Of a stretch of 64,000 bases of DNA, positions 11,511 through 21,800 are shown in pieces. The stretch is taken from positions 1 to 64,000 of the forward strand of contig CAVYAN010000010.1 in NCBI GenBank assembly GCA_963766075.1. Direction: 5' to 3'. The DNA is from an uncultured cyanobacterium. Its GTDB lineage: Bacteria; Cyanobacteriota; Cyanobacteriia; Leptolyngbyales; Leptolyngbyaceae. Numbering within the stretch: the first letter of the stretch is position 1; the number at the start of each line of letters is the position of its first letter. A program made the translations under genes and the position numbers. A model generated the notes under the pieces. The model saw only the letters and a list, made by a program, of their open reading frames with translations, did not search any database and was not told the DNA's origin.

Positions 11511-12184
11511 TGGTTGGATCTAGCCTGGTTTTAAGCGCTCTTTTTTGTGTGTAGAGTTAGTTTTTAGCGGTCGTAGAAACCAATGCTCTGAATCTCGTTG
11601 AGTTCTCAATCTATTTTTTCCTTGGTTTTGGAGTTTCTATTAAATGGAAGCTTAAGTGGCATTCTTTGAGTTGAGGATAGTGATTTGGTCGATGTTGAAC
11701 TATTGCTTTCCACCAAGTTTTGATAGGTTTAATGCCCATTTTATGTAGGCATCTAAAACTTATTCGGACAGTCACGTTAAGCATATTCACGCTTCCCTAG
11801 ACCCACTAATCCGTAAAGAGAGTGAGCGTGTAGACGCCTTTGCATTGCTACTCATCTGTCGTCTGGTTTGCCAGAGTGAGGGATGTTAGAGTTTTTCACG
11901 TACTGATTAATTGATCTGCAATTAAGATTCCTCGTCTCGAATGCGGACAGCTCCTTAGCATGGGCAGTTCTGTATTGTCTGTATTGAGTAGAGATCCTAT
12001 ATCTCTCTAGGTCAAGCCAGGTCAAACTGATTTTGACCAGTTTTTTCTGTCGATTAATCTGTCGATTAACAAGCATGTTTAGAAATATATCAACAGTGTT
12101 TTTCGTTACATGTATAGGTCGTTATGATGTGATTTTTAAAGTTCTACGTTAATCTCATTTACTGTTCTTGATGCTCTTCAAGCA

Positions 12185-15100
12185 ATGACTAAAATAGATT
12201 CACTTGTATCCCTGTTAGAATCTCGAGTTGAGCAGTTTGCAACTAAAAATGTATTTATCTTTTTAAACAATACGGATTCTCCGGAACCTACTAAGCTCAG
12301 CTACGAGGCGTTAGGATCGGCGGCTCGATCGATTGCAACTCACTTACAGGCTGCTAATGCTCAAAACGAGCGAGTTTTATTAATTTACAAACCAGGCTTG
12401 GAATTTATTACGGCTTTTTGGGGCTGTCTCTATGCGGGGGCGATCGCGGTGCCTGCTTATCCACCCCGTAAAAATGCTCACTTTGAAAGGTTGCAGGGAA
12501 TTCTGCACAGTGCCAAGGCAAAATTCGTCTTAACCACCCAACAGGGGTTGGAAAACTTTGCTCCCCAGGCTGAACAATGGCCGGAGTTGGCCCATGCTCA
12601 GTGGATCGCCACGGATGGTTTGAATGCGGCAGATGCAGAGCATTGGCAAAGGCCCGACATTTCGCCAGAACGGTTGGCCTTGCTGCAATACACCTCAGGC
12701 TCAACTGGGCAGCCCAAGGGGGTGATGATTCAACATCGTCATCTGTTAGCCAATTCCCAACTCATTCACCAGTGTTTTCAGGATACCCCCGATAGTTTTG
12801 GGGTCTGCTGGTTGCCGCCTTATCACGATATGGGGCTGATTGGCGGGATTCTTCAACCCATTTTTGTTGGCGCTTCCACTGTTCTAATGGATCCGGTGGC
12901 TTTTTTGCAGCGGCCATTGCGCTGGTTAGAAGCGATTAGCCGCTATCGGGCCTCTACGGCTGGGGGGCCTAACTTTGCCTACGCTCTGTGTGCTGACACG
13001 GTTAAACCCGAGGACTGCGCGCGTCTGGATTTAAGCGCCTGGAGGGTGGCATTTACAGGTGCGGAACCGATTCAGGCGGCAACCCTACGCCGATTTACAG
13101 AAAAGTTTGCGGCTTGTGGGTTTAGCGATACCGCTTTTCTGCCTTGTTATGGCATGGCTGAGGCGACCCTGATGGTGACGGGACTTCACCCAGGAGCGAC
13201 CCCTCAGGTCAAGACGGTTGAGACAGATGCCCTACGATCGCATCAAATCGTTGATGCCACTCTCGACAGTTCTCAGGTGACGGAATTGGTCAGTTGTGGT
13301 GCGCCCGTGGGATCAAGTACCGTGGAAATTGTCAATCCCGATACCCAACAGCGGTGTGAACCCGGTACGATTGGCGAAGTTTGGGTAGCCAGTGAGAGTG
13401 TGGCAGCGGGCTATTGGCAGCAGCCTGAACTCACCCAAGCCGCCTTTGGCGCACAGTTAAGTGAGCCGGCTGCTGGCCCCTTCTTGCGGACAGGAGATTT
13501 AGGCTTTTTGGCGGCTGGGGAACTCTTTATTACCGGACGCCTGAAGGAATTGATGATTATCCGGGGCCGTAACTTTTACCCCCAAGATATTGAACGGATC
13601 GTGCAGGCGGCACATCCTGCGCTCCGGCCTCATCATGGGGCGGCGTTTACGATCGCGCACAATGGCGAAGAACGATTGGTGGTCGTGCAGGAAGTGGAAC
13701 GGACTCACCTGCGCCAGCTTGATCCCGAAGCCGTCCTTAAGGCGGTGCGACGAGCGATCGCGGAAGAATTTGATCTCCAACTCCATGCCCTTGTGTTGCT
13801 GAAACCCGCACAATTGCCCAAAACGACCAGTGGAAAGGTGAAACGGTTGCGTTGTCGGGACAAGTGGCTAGCCCAAGATCTCGATCCGCTCTATCAGTCC
13901 ACGGTTGTCAGTCCAGATAGTGCGTCAGTGCCAGCCAGCCAGCCAGCGCCAGCCAGCCAGTCAGTGCCAACTAACCCGCCAGTTCCAACTAATCCGCCAG
14001 TTCCAACTAACTCGCCAACAATCCAGCCCCTTGCCGAATCGGCTTTTGGGTCGGAACGCGATCGCTGGCAGGCCCGCATCCAAGCTTGGCTGCTCAATCG
14101 GGTTTCTGAGCAACTGGGCGTAGCGCAGAACGAGATTAGTGTGCAGGATCCGCTAGCCGACTACGGTCTCAGTTCGTTAACGGCGATCCGGTTATCAGGC
14201 GAATTGCAAGATTGGCTGGAGATTCCCCTTGATCCCACTATTCTCTACGACTATCCGGCGATCTCTAACCTGGCTCAAACCCTAGCCTTACTCAAAACCC
14301 AAGCAGCAATCATCCACCGGGAAGAGACTGCCCTCGTATCACCCCAACAGCGGCGGCGGCGCACTGACTGTGATGTTGCGGTGATTGGCATGGGGTGTCG
14401 GTTCCCAGGAGCAGCCAATCCTGAAGCCTACTGGCAACTGCTGGTGAATGAGATTGATGCGATCACCGAAATTCCTCCCGATCGCTGGAATATTGATGCT
14501 TTCTATGATCCCAATCCTGGTAGTCCTGGGAAAATGAGTACCCGATGGGGCGGGTTTCTGCAAGGGGTGGATGGATTCGATGCTGCGTTCTTTAAGATTT
14601 CGGCGCGGGAAGCAGCCAGCATGGATCCGCAACAGCGGCTGTTATTGGAAGTGACCTGGCAGGCGTTAGAACAAGCTGGTTTGGTGCCGGAATCCCTTAG
14701 CGGTAGCCAAACGGGCGTGTTTATTGGGATTAGCAGTAATGATTATGGGCGGTTGATGCAATCCTCGCAGGCGTTGCCGGATCCCTATTCGGGCACTAGC
14801 CATGCCTTTAGCATTGCGGCAAATCGCCTCTCCTACTTGATGAATTGGCATGGGCCGAGCGTGGCGATCGATACGGCCTGCTCCTCCTCTTTAGTCGCAA
14901 TTCATCAAGCCTGTCAAAATCTGCGTTTACAAGAATGTAATTTGGCGGTAGCGGGTGGGGTGAATCTGATTCTCAATCCTGACTTGACCATTACCTTCTC
15001 TCAAGCCCACATGATGGCAGCGGATGGTCGGTGTAAAACCTTTGACGCAAAGGCTGACGGCTATGTGCGGGGTGAAGGCTGTGGCATTGTTGTATTGAAA

Positions 15101-18100
15101 CGGTTAGACGATGCCCTCCGAGAGGGTGACACGATTTATGCTGTGGTGAAAGGCTCGGCAGTGAACCAAGATGGCCGGAGCAATGGATTGACGGCACCCA
15201 ATAGTCAGGCCCAAGAGGCGGTGATTCGGCAGGCGCTAAAGGCCGCTAACGTGTCTCCCCATGAGATTAGTTACGTGGAAGCTCACGGGACTGGAACCGC
15301 TTTAGGGGATCCGATCGAGGTGAATGCCCTGAAATCAGTATTCTCTCCAGGAAGATCGACTGATCGACCGCTGGGCATTGGTTCGGTGAAAACCAACATT
15401 GGTCATTTGGAGTCGGCGGCTGGAGTGGCGAGCTTTATTAAGGTGGCGCTGTCTTTGTACCATCACACCCGAGCCGTTACGTTGCACTGTACGGAGCTTA
15501 ATCCCCTGATTAACATTGCCGATAGTCCGCTGCAAGTCGCTACCGTGGGTCAACGTTGGGATCATGCGCAACTGCGGATGAAGGGGGTTAGCTCCTTTGG
15601 CTTTGGGGGCACCAATGCCCATATCGTCATGTCTCAAGCATCCACTGCCAAGCCCACTCCAACTAAAGGCGATCGCCCGTATCATTTACTGACGCTCTCA
15701 GCCAAAACCCCCTCGGCTTTGCAAGCCCAAGTGGCGCAATACCATGATTTTTTGGTGCGTCATCTAGACGTTACCCTGGGTGATCTGTGCTTCAGTGCGA
15801 ATACAGGCCGATCGCACTTCGAGTGGCGCACGAGTTTTGTGGTGCAGTCGCGGGCAGAATTGCAAATGCAATTAGCTACGGTTGGCTCGGAGCAGTTTTA
15901 TGCTGCACCGTCTTCCCCAAGTCTTGGAAAGTGTGTCTTGATCTTTTCAGGCGATGAGAATCCCTGGCGTCGAGGCCATGAACTTTACCAAACCCAACCC
16001 CGGTTCCGCGCCTGTTTAGATCAATGTGATGCGATTCTGCGCCCGATGTGGAAGCGATCGCTGATTGACCTGCTCTATCACGATGCCGAAGGTGAATCCT
16101 TACTTCAAATCCCACATTATGCCCATCCCGCCATATTTGCGGTGGAATACGCTTTAGCTGACCTATGGATGAGTTGGGGGATTGTACCAGATGCGGTGAT
16201 GGGAGACGGATTTGGTGAATCGATCGCAGCTTGCGTGGCGGGTGTTTTTGATTTACAAACGGGCCTGAAATGGGCCGCACAACGGGAGCAACTCGTTCAT
16301 GATCTACCCCTCCAAGCCCAAGTAACAGCGGTATTTGAGGCCGAAGATCGGTTGATGACGCAGTTAGTAACTAATGCCTCGGGTCGCAAACCGAAGATCC
16401 CAGTTATTTCTACCCGCGTTGATCGGCCCTCTAGTGCGGCTTCTGGACAATCGCCACTTCAACCCGTTGGGAATAATTCCTTTGATCTGCAAACTTTACG
16501 AACCCTGGGCTATGGCATTGTCATTACCATGACGACGCCCAGTCAAATTCACAAAACAGCGCAAGATTTGCCGGATGGTTCCGTGCTTGCGATTGCATCT
16601 CTCGACGCAACTCGCAGTGAATGGGCGGTAATGCTGGATGGCCTAGCAAAGTTATATCAACAGGGTCTGCCAATCCGTTGGCACGAGGTGGATCGTCCCT
16701 ACGGCAAACGATTAGGGAATTTACCAACCTATCCGTTTGAGCACCAACGCTACTGGTTTGTTGCGCCGGATGGCAGTGCGAAGTCGCAGCCCAGTCTTCC
16801 AGCAGTCGCTCAGCCCGATTTGGCAGATGCCCTCTACACCCTGCAATGGGAAGCATGGATGCGCCCGTCCATGGGGCAGGCCGTGGCTGACGCTAAAAAT
16901 TGGTTGATTTTGGCAGATTCGGCGGGGGTTGGGAGGCAACTTGCGACCCAGCTCCGCAGCCAAGGCGATCGCTGCATTCTCGCGTACATTGCCGCTACTT
17001 ACCAATCCCGCAATGACCATGAATATGGGCTGGATCCTTCTCAACCAGAGCACTTCCAGCAGCTATTGCAGGATGCTTTTGGCCTGGATCAATCGCCTTT
17101 GCAGGGTGTGATTCATCTTTGGAGTCAGGAGCAGAGTGATCTTTCTGAGTTGGATGAGACGATGCTGGAGCGATCGCAATCCCTCGGTTGCGAAAGCACC
17201 CTGAATCTGGTTAAAGCCCTCATCACCAGACAGCAGATTTCCTCCCCGCCGCGACTATGGTTAGTAACTCGCGGCACACAGCCGATCACCAGTGCTCCAG
17301 CCCCGCTCAATTTTGCCCAAGCGCCTCTGTGGGGTCTGGGTCGAGTGATCGCCCTGGAGCATCGTGAGTTGCGTTGTACGCGTATTGATTTAGCGCCAAC
17401 CCCGGAGAGTGATGAAATCCCCTGGTTGACCCAAGCCATTAAGATGGACGCTGCCGAAGATCAGATTGTCCTGCGGCAAGGTCAATCCTATCGGCTGCGG
17501 TTAGTTCCTGCGATCGCCTTACCGTCAGTCAACGGCCAAGACATTTTGGCGGATGCTGTCCCTCAGATTGGGGCAAATGGCACCTATCTGATCACAGGTG
17601 GCTTAGGCGCGCTGGGCTTAAAGGTCGCACAGTGGCTTACAGCCGCAGGGGCGAGACACATCCTGCTCATGGGCCGTAGCCAACCGAATGTCGCCGCCCA
17701 AACGGTCATTCAAGCGATCGAACGCCAAGGTGTTCAGGTTTGGGTGCTGCAAGCAGATGTAGCGCAGTCCTCAACGATGATGCAGGCTTTGAAGGGGATC
17801 AAAGGCCAATATCCGCCCCTGAAGGGCGTGATTCATGCAGCGGGCGTTTTAGAAGATGCCCTTTTGCATACGCAAAATTGGGCAAGTTTCCAACGGGTGA
17901 TGGCTCCCAAAATGTTGGGGATTTGGAATCTGCACCAGATGACCCAAACCGAGTCCCTTGATTTCTTTGTCGGGTTTTCGTCGATGGCGACGGTATTGGG
18001 TTCTCCCGGTCAAGGTAATTATGCGGCGGCGAATGCCTTTTTGGATGCGTTCATGCAGTACCGTCGCGCCTTAGGGTTGCCGGGATTGAGTATTAACTGG

Positions 18101-18790
18101 GGCCCTTGGAGCGATGGGGGGATGGCCTCCGATCGCCAGGTTAATCAACGTCTGGCGGTCCAGGGTATTCAGCCCCTTGATCCCGATCGTGGTTTAGCCT
18201 GTTTAGGGCGCTTGTTGGCAGAGAACGCGGCGAAAAATTACGCCCAGGTCGCGGTTATGCCGATTACCTGGTCAACCTTCCAAAGCCAGTTGCCATCGGG
18301 GGTAGCGTTCCCATTCTTGGAAAAAGTGATTACCCCGGTTGTGACAACAGCGCCACCATCATCGGAATTGTTGAACCAATTGCAAGGGTTATCGCACTTA
18401 GAACGTCGCCCCCGATTAATTAGTTATCTCCAACAACAAATTGCCAAAGTCCTGCATTTACCGCATCCAGAGCAAATCGAAGCCCGTCAGCGATTATTTG
18501 ACTTGGGGCTAGATTCTTTGGTGGTGATGGAGCTGAAGTATAGTCTGGAACAGGATTTAGGACGATCGCTACCCACTACCTTGTTATTTGACTATCCCAC
18601 CTTAGAAGCGCTTGTTGATTACTTGAACGCAGCTCTAGAAGAGACAATTTCATCACGTGTTCCGCTCAAGGCCCCAGTGCGGAATCCACTAGAAGTTTCG
18701 TTAGAACTTGTGCCGGAGGCTCTGATCCATCTGTCTGAGCAAGAGGCGGAAGCCTTACTGCTAAGGGCATTAGAGCAACTAAATTGCTGA
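12185..18790 (+). CDS. PKS loading protein: FAAL-ACP-KS-AT(degenerate)-KR-ACP
   Basis: FAAL: LQYTSGSTG, WLPPYHDMGLIG, LPCYGMAE, LPKTTSGK. ACP YGLSSL. KS: DTACSSS, EAHGTGT, NIGHLE. AT site reads GDGFG instead of GHSxG. KR: TGGLGALG, GVLED, GNYAAAN. ACP LGLDSL. Confidence 0.93.
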   Translation: MTKIDSLVSLLESRVEQFATKNVFIFLNNTDSPEPTKLSYEALGSAARSIATHLQAANAQNERVLLIYKPGLEFITAFWGCLYAGAIAVPAYPPRKNAHFERLQGILHSAKAKFVLTTQQGLENFAPQAEQWPELAHAQWIATDGLNAADAEHWQRPDISPERLALLQYTSGSTGQPKGVMIQHRHLLANSQLIHQCFQDTPDSFGVCWLPPYHDMGLIGGILQPIFVGASTVLMDPVAFLQRPLRWLEAISRYRASTAGGPNFAYALCADTVKPEDCARLDLSAWRVAFTGAEPIQAATLRRFTEKFAACGFSDTAFLPCYGMAEATLMVTGLHPGATPQVKTVETDALRSHQIVDATLDSSQVTELVSCGAPVGSSTVEIVNPDTQQRCEPGTIGEVWVASESVAAGYWQQPELTQAAFGAQLSEPAAGPFLRTGDLGFLAAGELFITGRLKELMIIRGRNFYPQDIERIVQAAHPALRPHHGAAFTIAHNGEERLVVVQEVERTHLRQLDPEAVLKAVRRAIAEEFDLQLHALVLLKPAQLPKTTSGKVKRLRCRDKWLAQDLDPLYQSTVVSPDSASVPASQPAPASQSVPTNPPVPTNPPVPTNSPTIQPLAESAFGSERDRWQARIQAWLLNRVSEQLGVAQNEISVQDPLADYGLSSLTAIRLSGELQDWLEIPLDPTILYDYPAISNLAQTLALLKTQAAIIHREETALVSPQQRRRRTDCDVAVIGMGCRFPGAANPEAYWQLLVNEIDAITEIPPDRWNIDAFYDPNPGSPGKMSTRWGGFLQGVDGFDAAFFKISAREAASMDPQQRLLLEVTWQALEQAGLVPESLSGSQTGVFIGISSNDYGRLMQSSQALPDPYSGTSHAFSIAANRLSYLMNWHGPSVAIDTACSSSLVAIHQACQNLRLQECNLAVAGGVNLILNPDLTITFSQAHMMAADGRCKTFDAKADGYVRGEGCGIVVLKRLDDALREGDTIYAVVKGSAVNQDGRSNGLTAPNSQAQEAVIRQALKAANVSPHEISYVEAHGTGTALGDPIEVNALKSVFSPGRSTDRPLGIGSVKTNIGHLESAAGVASFIKVALSLYHHTRAVTLHCTELNPLINIADSPLQVATVGQRWDHAQLRMKGVSSFGFGGTNAHIVMSQASTAKPTPTKGDRPYHLLTLSAKTPSALQAQVAQYHDFLVRHLDVTLGDLCFSANTGRSHFEWRTSFVVQSRAELQMQLATVGSEQFYAAPSSPSLGKCVLIFSGDENPWRRGHELYQTQPRFRACLDQCDAILRPMWKRSLIDLLYHDAEGESLLQIPHYAHPAIFAVEYALADLWMSWGIVPDAVMGDGFGESIAACVAGVFDLQTGLKWAAQREQLVHDLPLQAQVTAVFEAEDRLMTQLVTNASGRKPKIPVISTRVDRPSSAASGQSPLQPVGNNSFDLQTLRTLGYGIVITMTTPSQIHKTAQDLPDGSVLAIASLDATRSEWAVMLDGLAKLYQQGLPIRWHEVDRPYGKRLGNLPTYPFEHQRYWFVAPDGSAKSQPSLPAVAQPDLADALYTLQWEAWMRPSMGQAVADAKNWLILADSAGVGRQLATQLRSQGDRCILAYIAATYQSRNDHEYGLDPSQPEHFQQLLQDAFGLDQSPLQGVIHLWSQEQSDLSELDETMLERSQSLGCESTLNLVKALITRQQISSPPRLWLVTRGTQPITSAPAPLNFAQAPLWGLGRVIALEHRELRCTRIDLAPTPESDEIPWLTQAIKMDAAEDQIVLRQGQSYRLRLVPAIALPSVNGQDILADAVPQIGANGTYLITGGLGALGLKVAQWLTAAGARHILLMGRSQPNVAAQTVIQAIERQGVQVWVLQADVAQSSTMMQALKGIKGQYPPLKGVIHAAGVLEDALLHTQNWASFQRVMAPKMLGIWNLHQMTQTESLDFFVGFSSMATVLGSPGQGNYAAANAFLDAFMQYRRALGLPGLSINWGPWSDGGMASDRQVNQRLAVQGIQPLDPDRGLACLGRLLAENAAKNYAQVAVMPITWSTFQSQLPSGVAFPFLEKVITPVVTTAPPSSELLNQLQGLSHLERRPRLISYLQQQIAKVLHLPHPEQIEARQRLFDLGLDSLVVMELKYSLEQDLGRSLPTTLLFDYPTLEALVDYLNAALEETISSRVPLKAPVRNPLEVSLELVPEALIHLSEQEAEALLLRALEQLNC
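13922..14020 (+). repeat. 18-bp (hexapeptide) tandem repeats forming a Pro-rich FAAL-ACP linker
   Basis: Encodes SVPASQPAPASQSVPTNPPVPTNPPVPTNSP. Confidence 0.8.
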
Positions 18791-18857
18791 GTTCTCGATT
18801 CGCTTAACTATAGGCATTGGTTATGTGTGATTCCACCTATATATTTCCTGGGCTTTT

Positions 18858-21800
18858 ATGATGAACAAAATCGCTTCAACTGATATTTCAACAACCAAAC
18901 GGGCGCTACTAGCAATCCAGGCGTTGCAATCTAAGTTGGAGGATGCCGAGCGGGTTCAGCATGAACCGATCGCCATTATCGGTCTAGGATGTCGGTTTCC
19001 GCAGGCTGACAACCCAGAGGCTTTCTGGACGCTATTGCAGACTGCCACGGATGCCATTACAGAGGTGCCGGTAAACCGCTGGGATCTAGAGTCGTTCTAT
19101 GATGCCAACCCTGATGCCCCAGGAAAAATCTACACTCGTTACGGGGGATTCTTAAACCAAGTCGATCAGTTTGACCCGAAATTTTTCAATATTTCACTCC
19201 GCGAAGCCCGCAGTCTCGATCCCCAACAACGGCTGCTCCTAGAAGTGAGTTGGGAAGCGTTGGAACAGGCTAACCAGGTTTCTGATCAGCTCTTTAAGAG
19301 TTCGACGGGGGTGTTTGTTGGCATTTCAACCAGTGATTATGCGCTGCGATCGGTCAAACAAGAAGATGTGCCGATCGATGCTTACTTTGGCACCGGCAAT
19401 GCCTTGAGTGTCGCCGCTGGGCGCTTATCCTATACCCTCGGGCTGACTGGCCCGAGTATGGCCGTTGATACCGCTTGCTCGTCGTCATTAGTGGCGGTAC
19501 ATTTGGCCTGCCAAAGTTTGCGGCAAGGGGAATGTCGCATGGCTTTGGCAGGCGCAGTGAACCTGCTGCTATCTCCCGAAAATTCGATCTCTACGTCTAA
19601 GGCCCGGATGCTAGCGGCCGACGGTCGATGCAAAACCTTTGATGCGCAAGCCAACGGCTATGTTCGCGGTGAAGGGTGCGGCGTAGTGGTGTTGAAGCGC
19701 TTGCGGGATGCGATCGCCGATGGCGATACCATTCTCGCGACCATTCGCGGTTCTGCAATCAACCAAGATGGCCCCAGTGGTGGACTTACCGTTCCCAATG
19801 GTCCAGCCCAACAGGCCGTGATTCGCCAAGCCCTCGCCCAGGCCCAACTTGATCCCAACCAGATTCAATACGTCGAAGCGCACGGCACGGGTACAGCGCT
19901 TGGCGATCCAATTGAATTGCAGGCACTCGGTGCGGTGTATGGGCAGGGTCGGGCGACCGATGTCCCGCTCATCGTTGGCTCCGCCAAAACGAATATTGGC
20001 CATCTGGAAGCCGCTGCTGGCATGGTCGGGCTGATTAAGTTGGTTCTGGCCCTTCAACATGAAGAAATTCCCGCCCATCTCCATTTTCAACAACCCAGTC
20101 CCCATATTCCTTGGGCTGATTTGCCCGTCACCATTCCTACCCGCAGTGTCCCCTGGACAGCGGGACAACAGCCGCGTCGGGCTGGACTCAGTTCCTTTGG
20201 TTTTTCTGGCACAAATACTCACTTGATTGTGGAAGAAGCCCCTCTCCCGGCTTCCCAGCAACGCACCAAAATCGATCGCCCGCTGCATGTCTTCACCCTG
20301 TCGGGTAAATCGGAAACCGCCCTGCCAGATCTGGCTCGACAGTATGCCAATTATCTAGCTACTCGATCAGACATTGATTTGGGTGATTTATGCTTGACGG
20401 CCAATGCCTATCGATCGCACTTCAAGTATCGCCTCGCGCTGACGGCCCAAAGCAGCTCAACCCTCCAAGCTGACCTCAACCGCATCGCCCAGGGGCAGTC
20501 TCCTGAGAACAGCGTGCAAAGCGATCAACCGATTCGGGGCGCGATCGCCTTTCTCTTCACGGGTCAAGGCTCCCAATATCCCGGCATGGGGCAGCAACTT
20601 TATCAAACGCAGCCCGTTTTCCGAGCGGCGTTGACGCAGTGCGCTGAGATTTTAGCGCCCGTCCTTGATATCCCGCTGTTGTCAATCTTGTACCCCGACT
20701 TATATCCTACGGAGCACTCACCGGACTGTATTCATGAAACGCGCTATGCCCAGCCAGCAATTTTTGCCCTAGAGTATGCCCTGGCTCAACTGTGGCAGTC
20801 CTGGGGAATTCGTCCCCATGCCGTAATGGGACATAGCCTCGGAGAATATGTCGCCGCCTGCATCGCTGGTGTGTTTAGTTTGGCCGATGGCTTAAACCTG
20901 ATTGCTCACCGGGCCAAATTGATGCAAGCGCTGCCGCCGAACGGATCAATGGTGGCCGTTCTGGCCGATGCTGACACTGTGACCCAGGCGATCGCGCCCT
21001 ACGCTGACCAGGTGAGTATTGCCGCCTTCAATGGGCCGCGAAATTTAGTCATTTCGGGGGTGGCCCAGGCTGTCGATGCCGTGGTGCAAACCCTCCAGAA
21101 CCAAGGCATTCAGGCCAAAAACTTAGCCGTCTCCCATGCATTCCATTCCCCCTTAATGGAACCCATGTTGGAGGATTTCCGCCGGGTTGCACAAAGCATC
21201 GCCTATACAGCACCCAACTTAGATTTGATTTCCAACCTGACAGGGAGGGCGATCGGCCCAGAAATTGCCACAGCGGATTACTGGGTACACCATGTGCGCC
21301 AGCCCGTGCAATTTACCCAGAGCCTCACCGCCCTGCTGGAACAAAGGCATGGCATTTTTCTGGAACTGGGGCCTAAACCCACCTTGTTAGGGATGGCCCA
21401 GAGAATTGAGCGATCAGCGCAGCCAGAGCGGTTATGGCTCGCGAGTCTGCGCAGTGAGGAAGACAACTGGCACACCATCCTGATGAGTTTAGGACAGTTG
21501 TTTGCCCGAGGGGTGGAAGTGGACTGGCTCAGCTTTGACCAACCCTATGGGCGACAACGGCTGACTGGATTGCCCACCTATCCCTTCCAGCGGCAACGCT
21601 ATTGGTTTGACGATGATCTAGCTCCCGTCAGCCAGCCCGTTAATGCGCCTGTTCCCGCTTCTATCCACACTCCCACGCCAATGTCATATCCTTCTCGCCC
21701 CCCCGATCATAGTCGGCAATTGCAGATCCTCACGTTTCTCCAAGAACAGGTGGGTAAACAACTCGTTGGAGCCGGTCGAAGGGTTGATCCTCAGGCATCC

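Noticed and set aside
11852..12076. 74-aa minus-strand ORF upstream of the cluster
   Set aside because: No motif or RBS; likely a chance ORF in AT-rich DNA.
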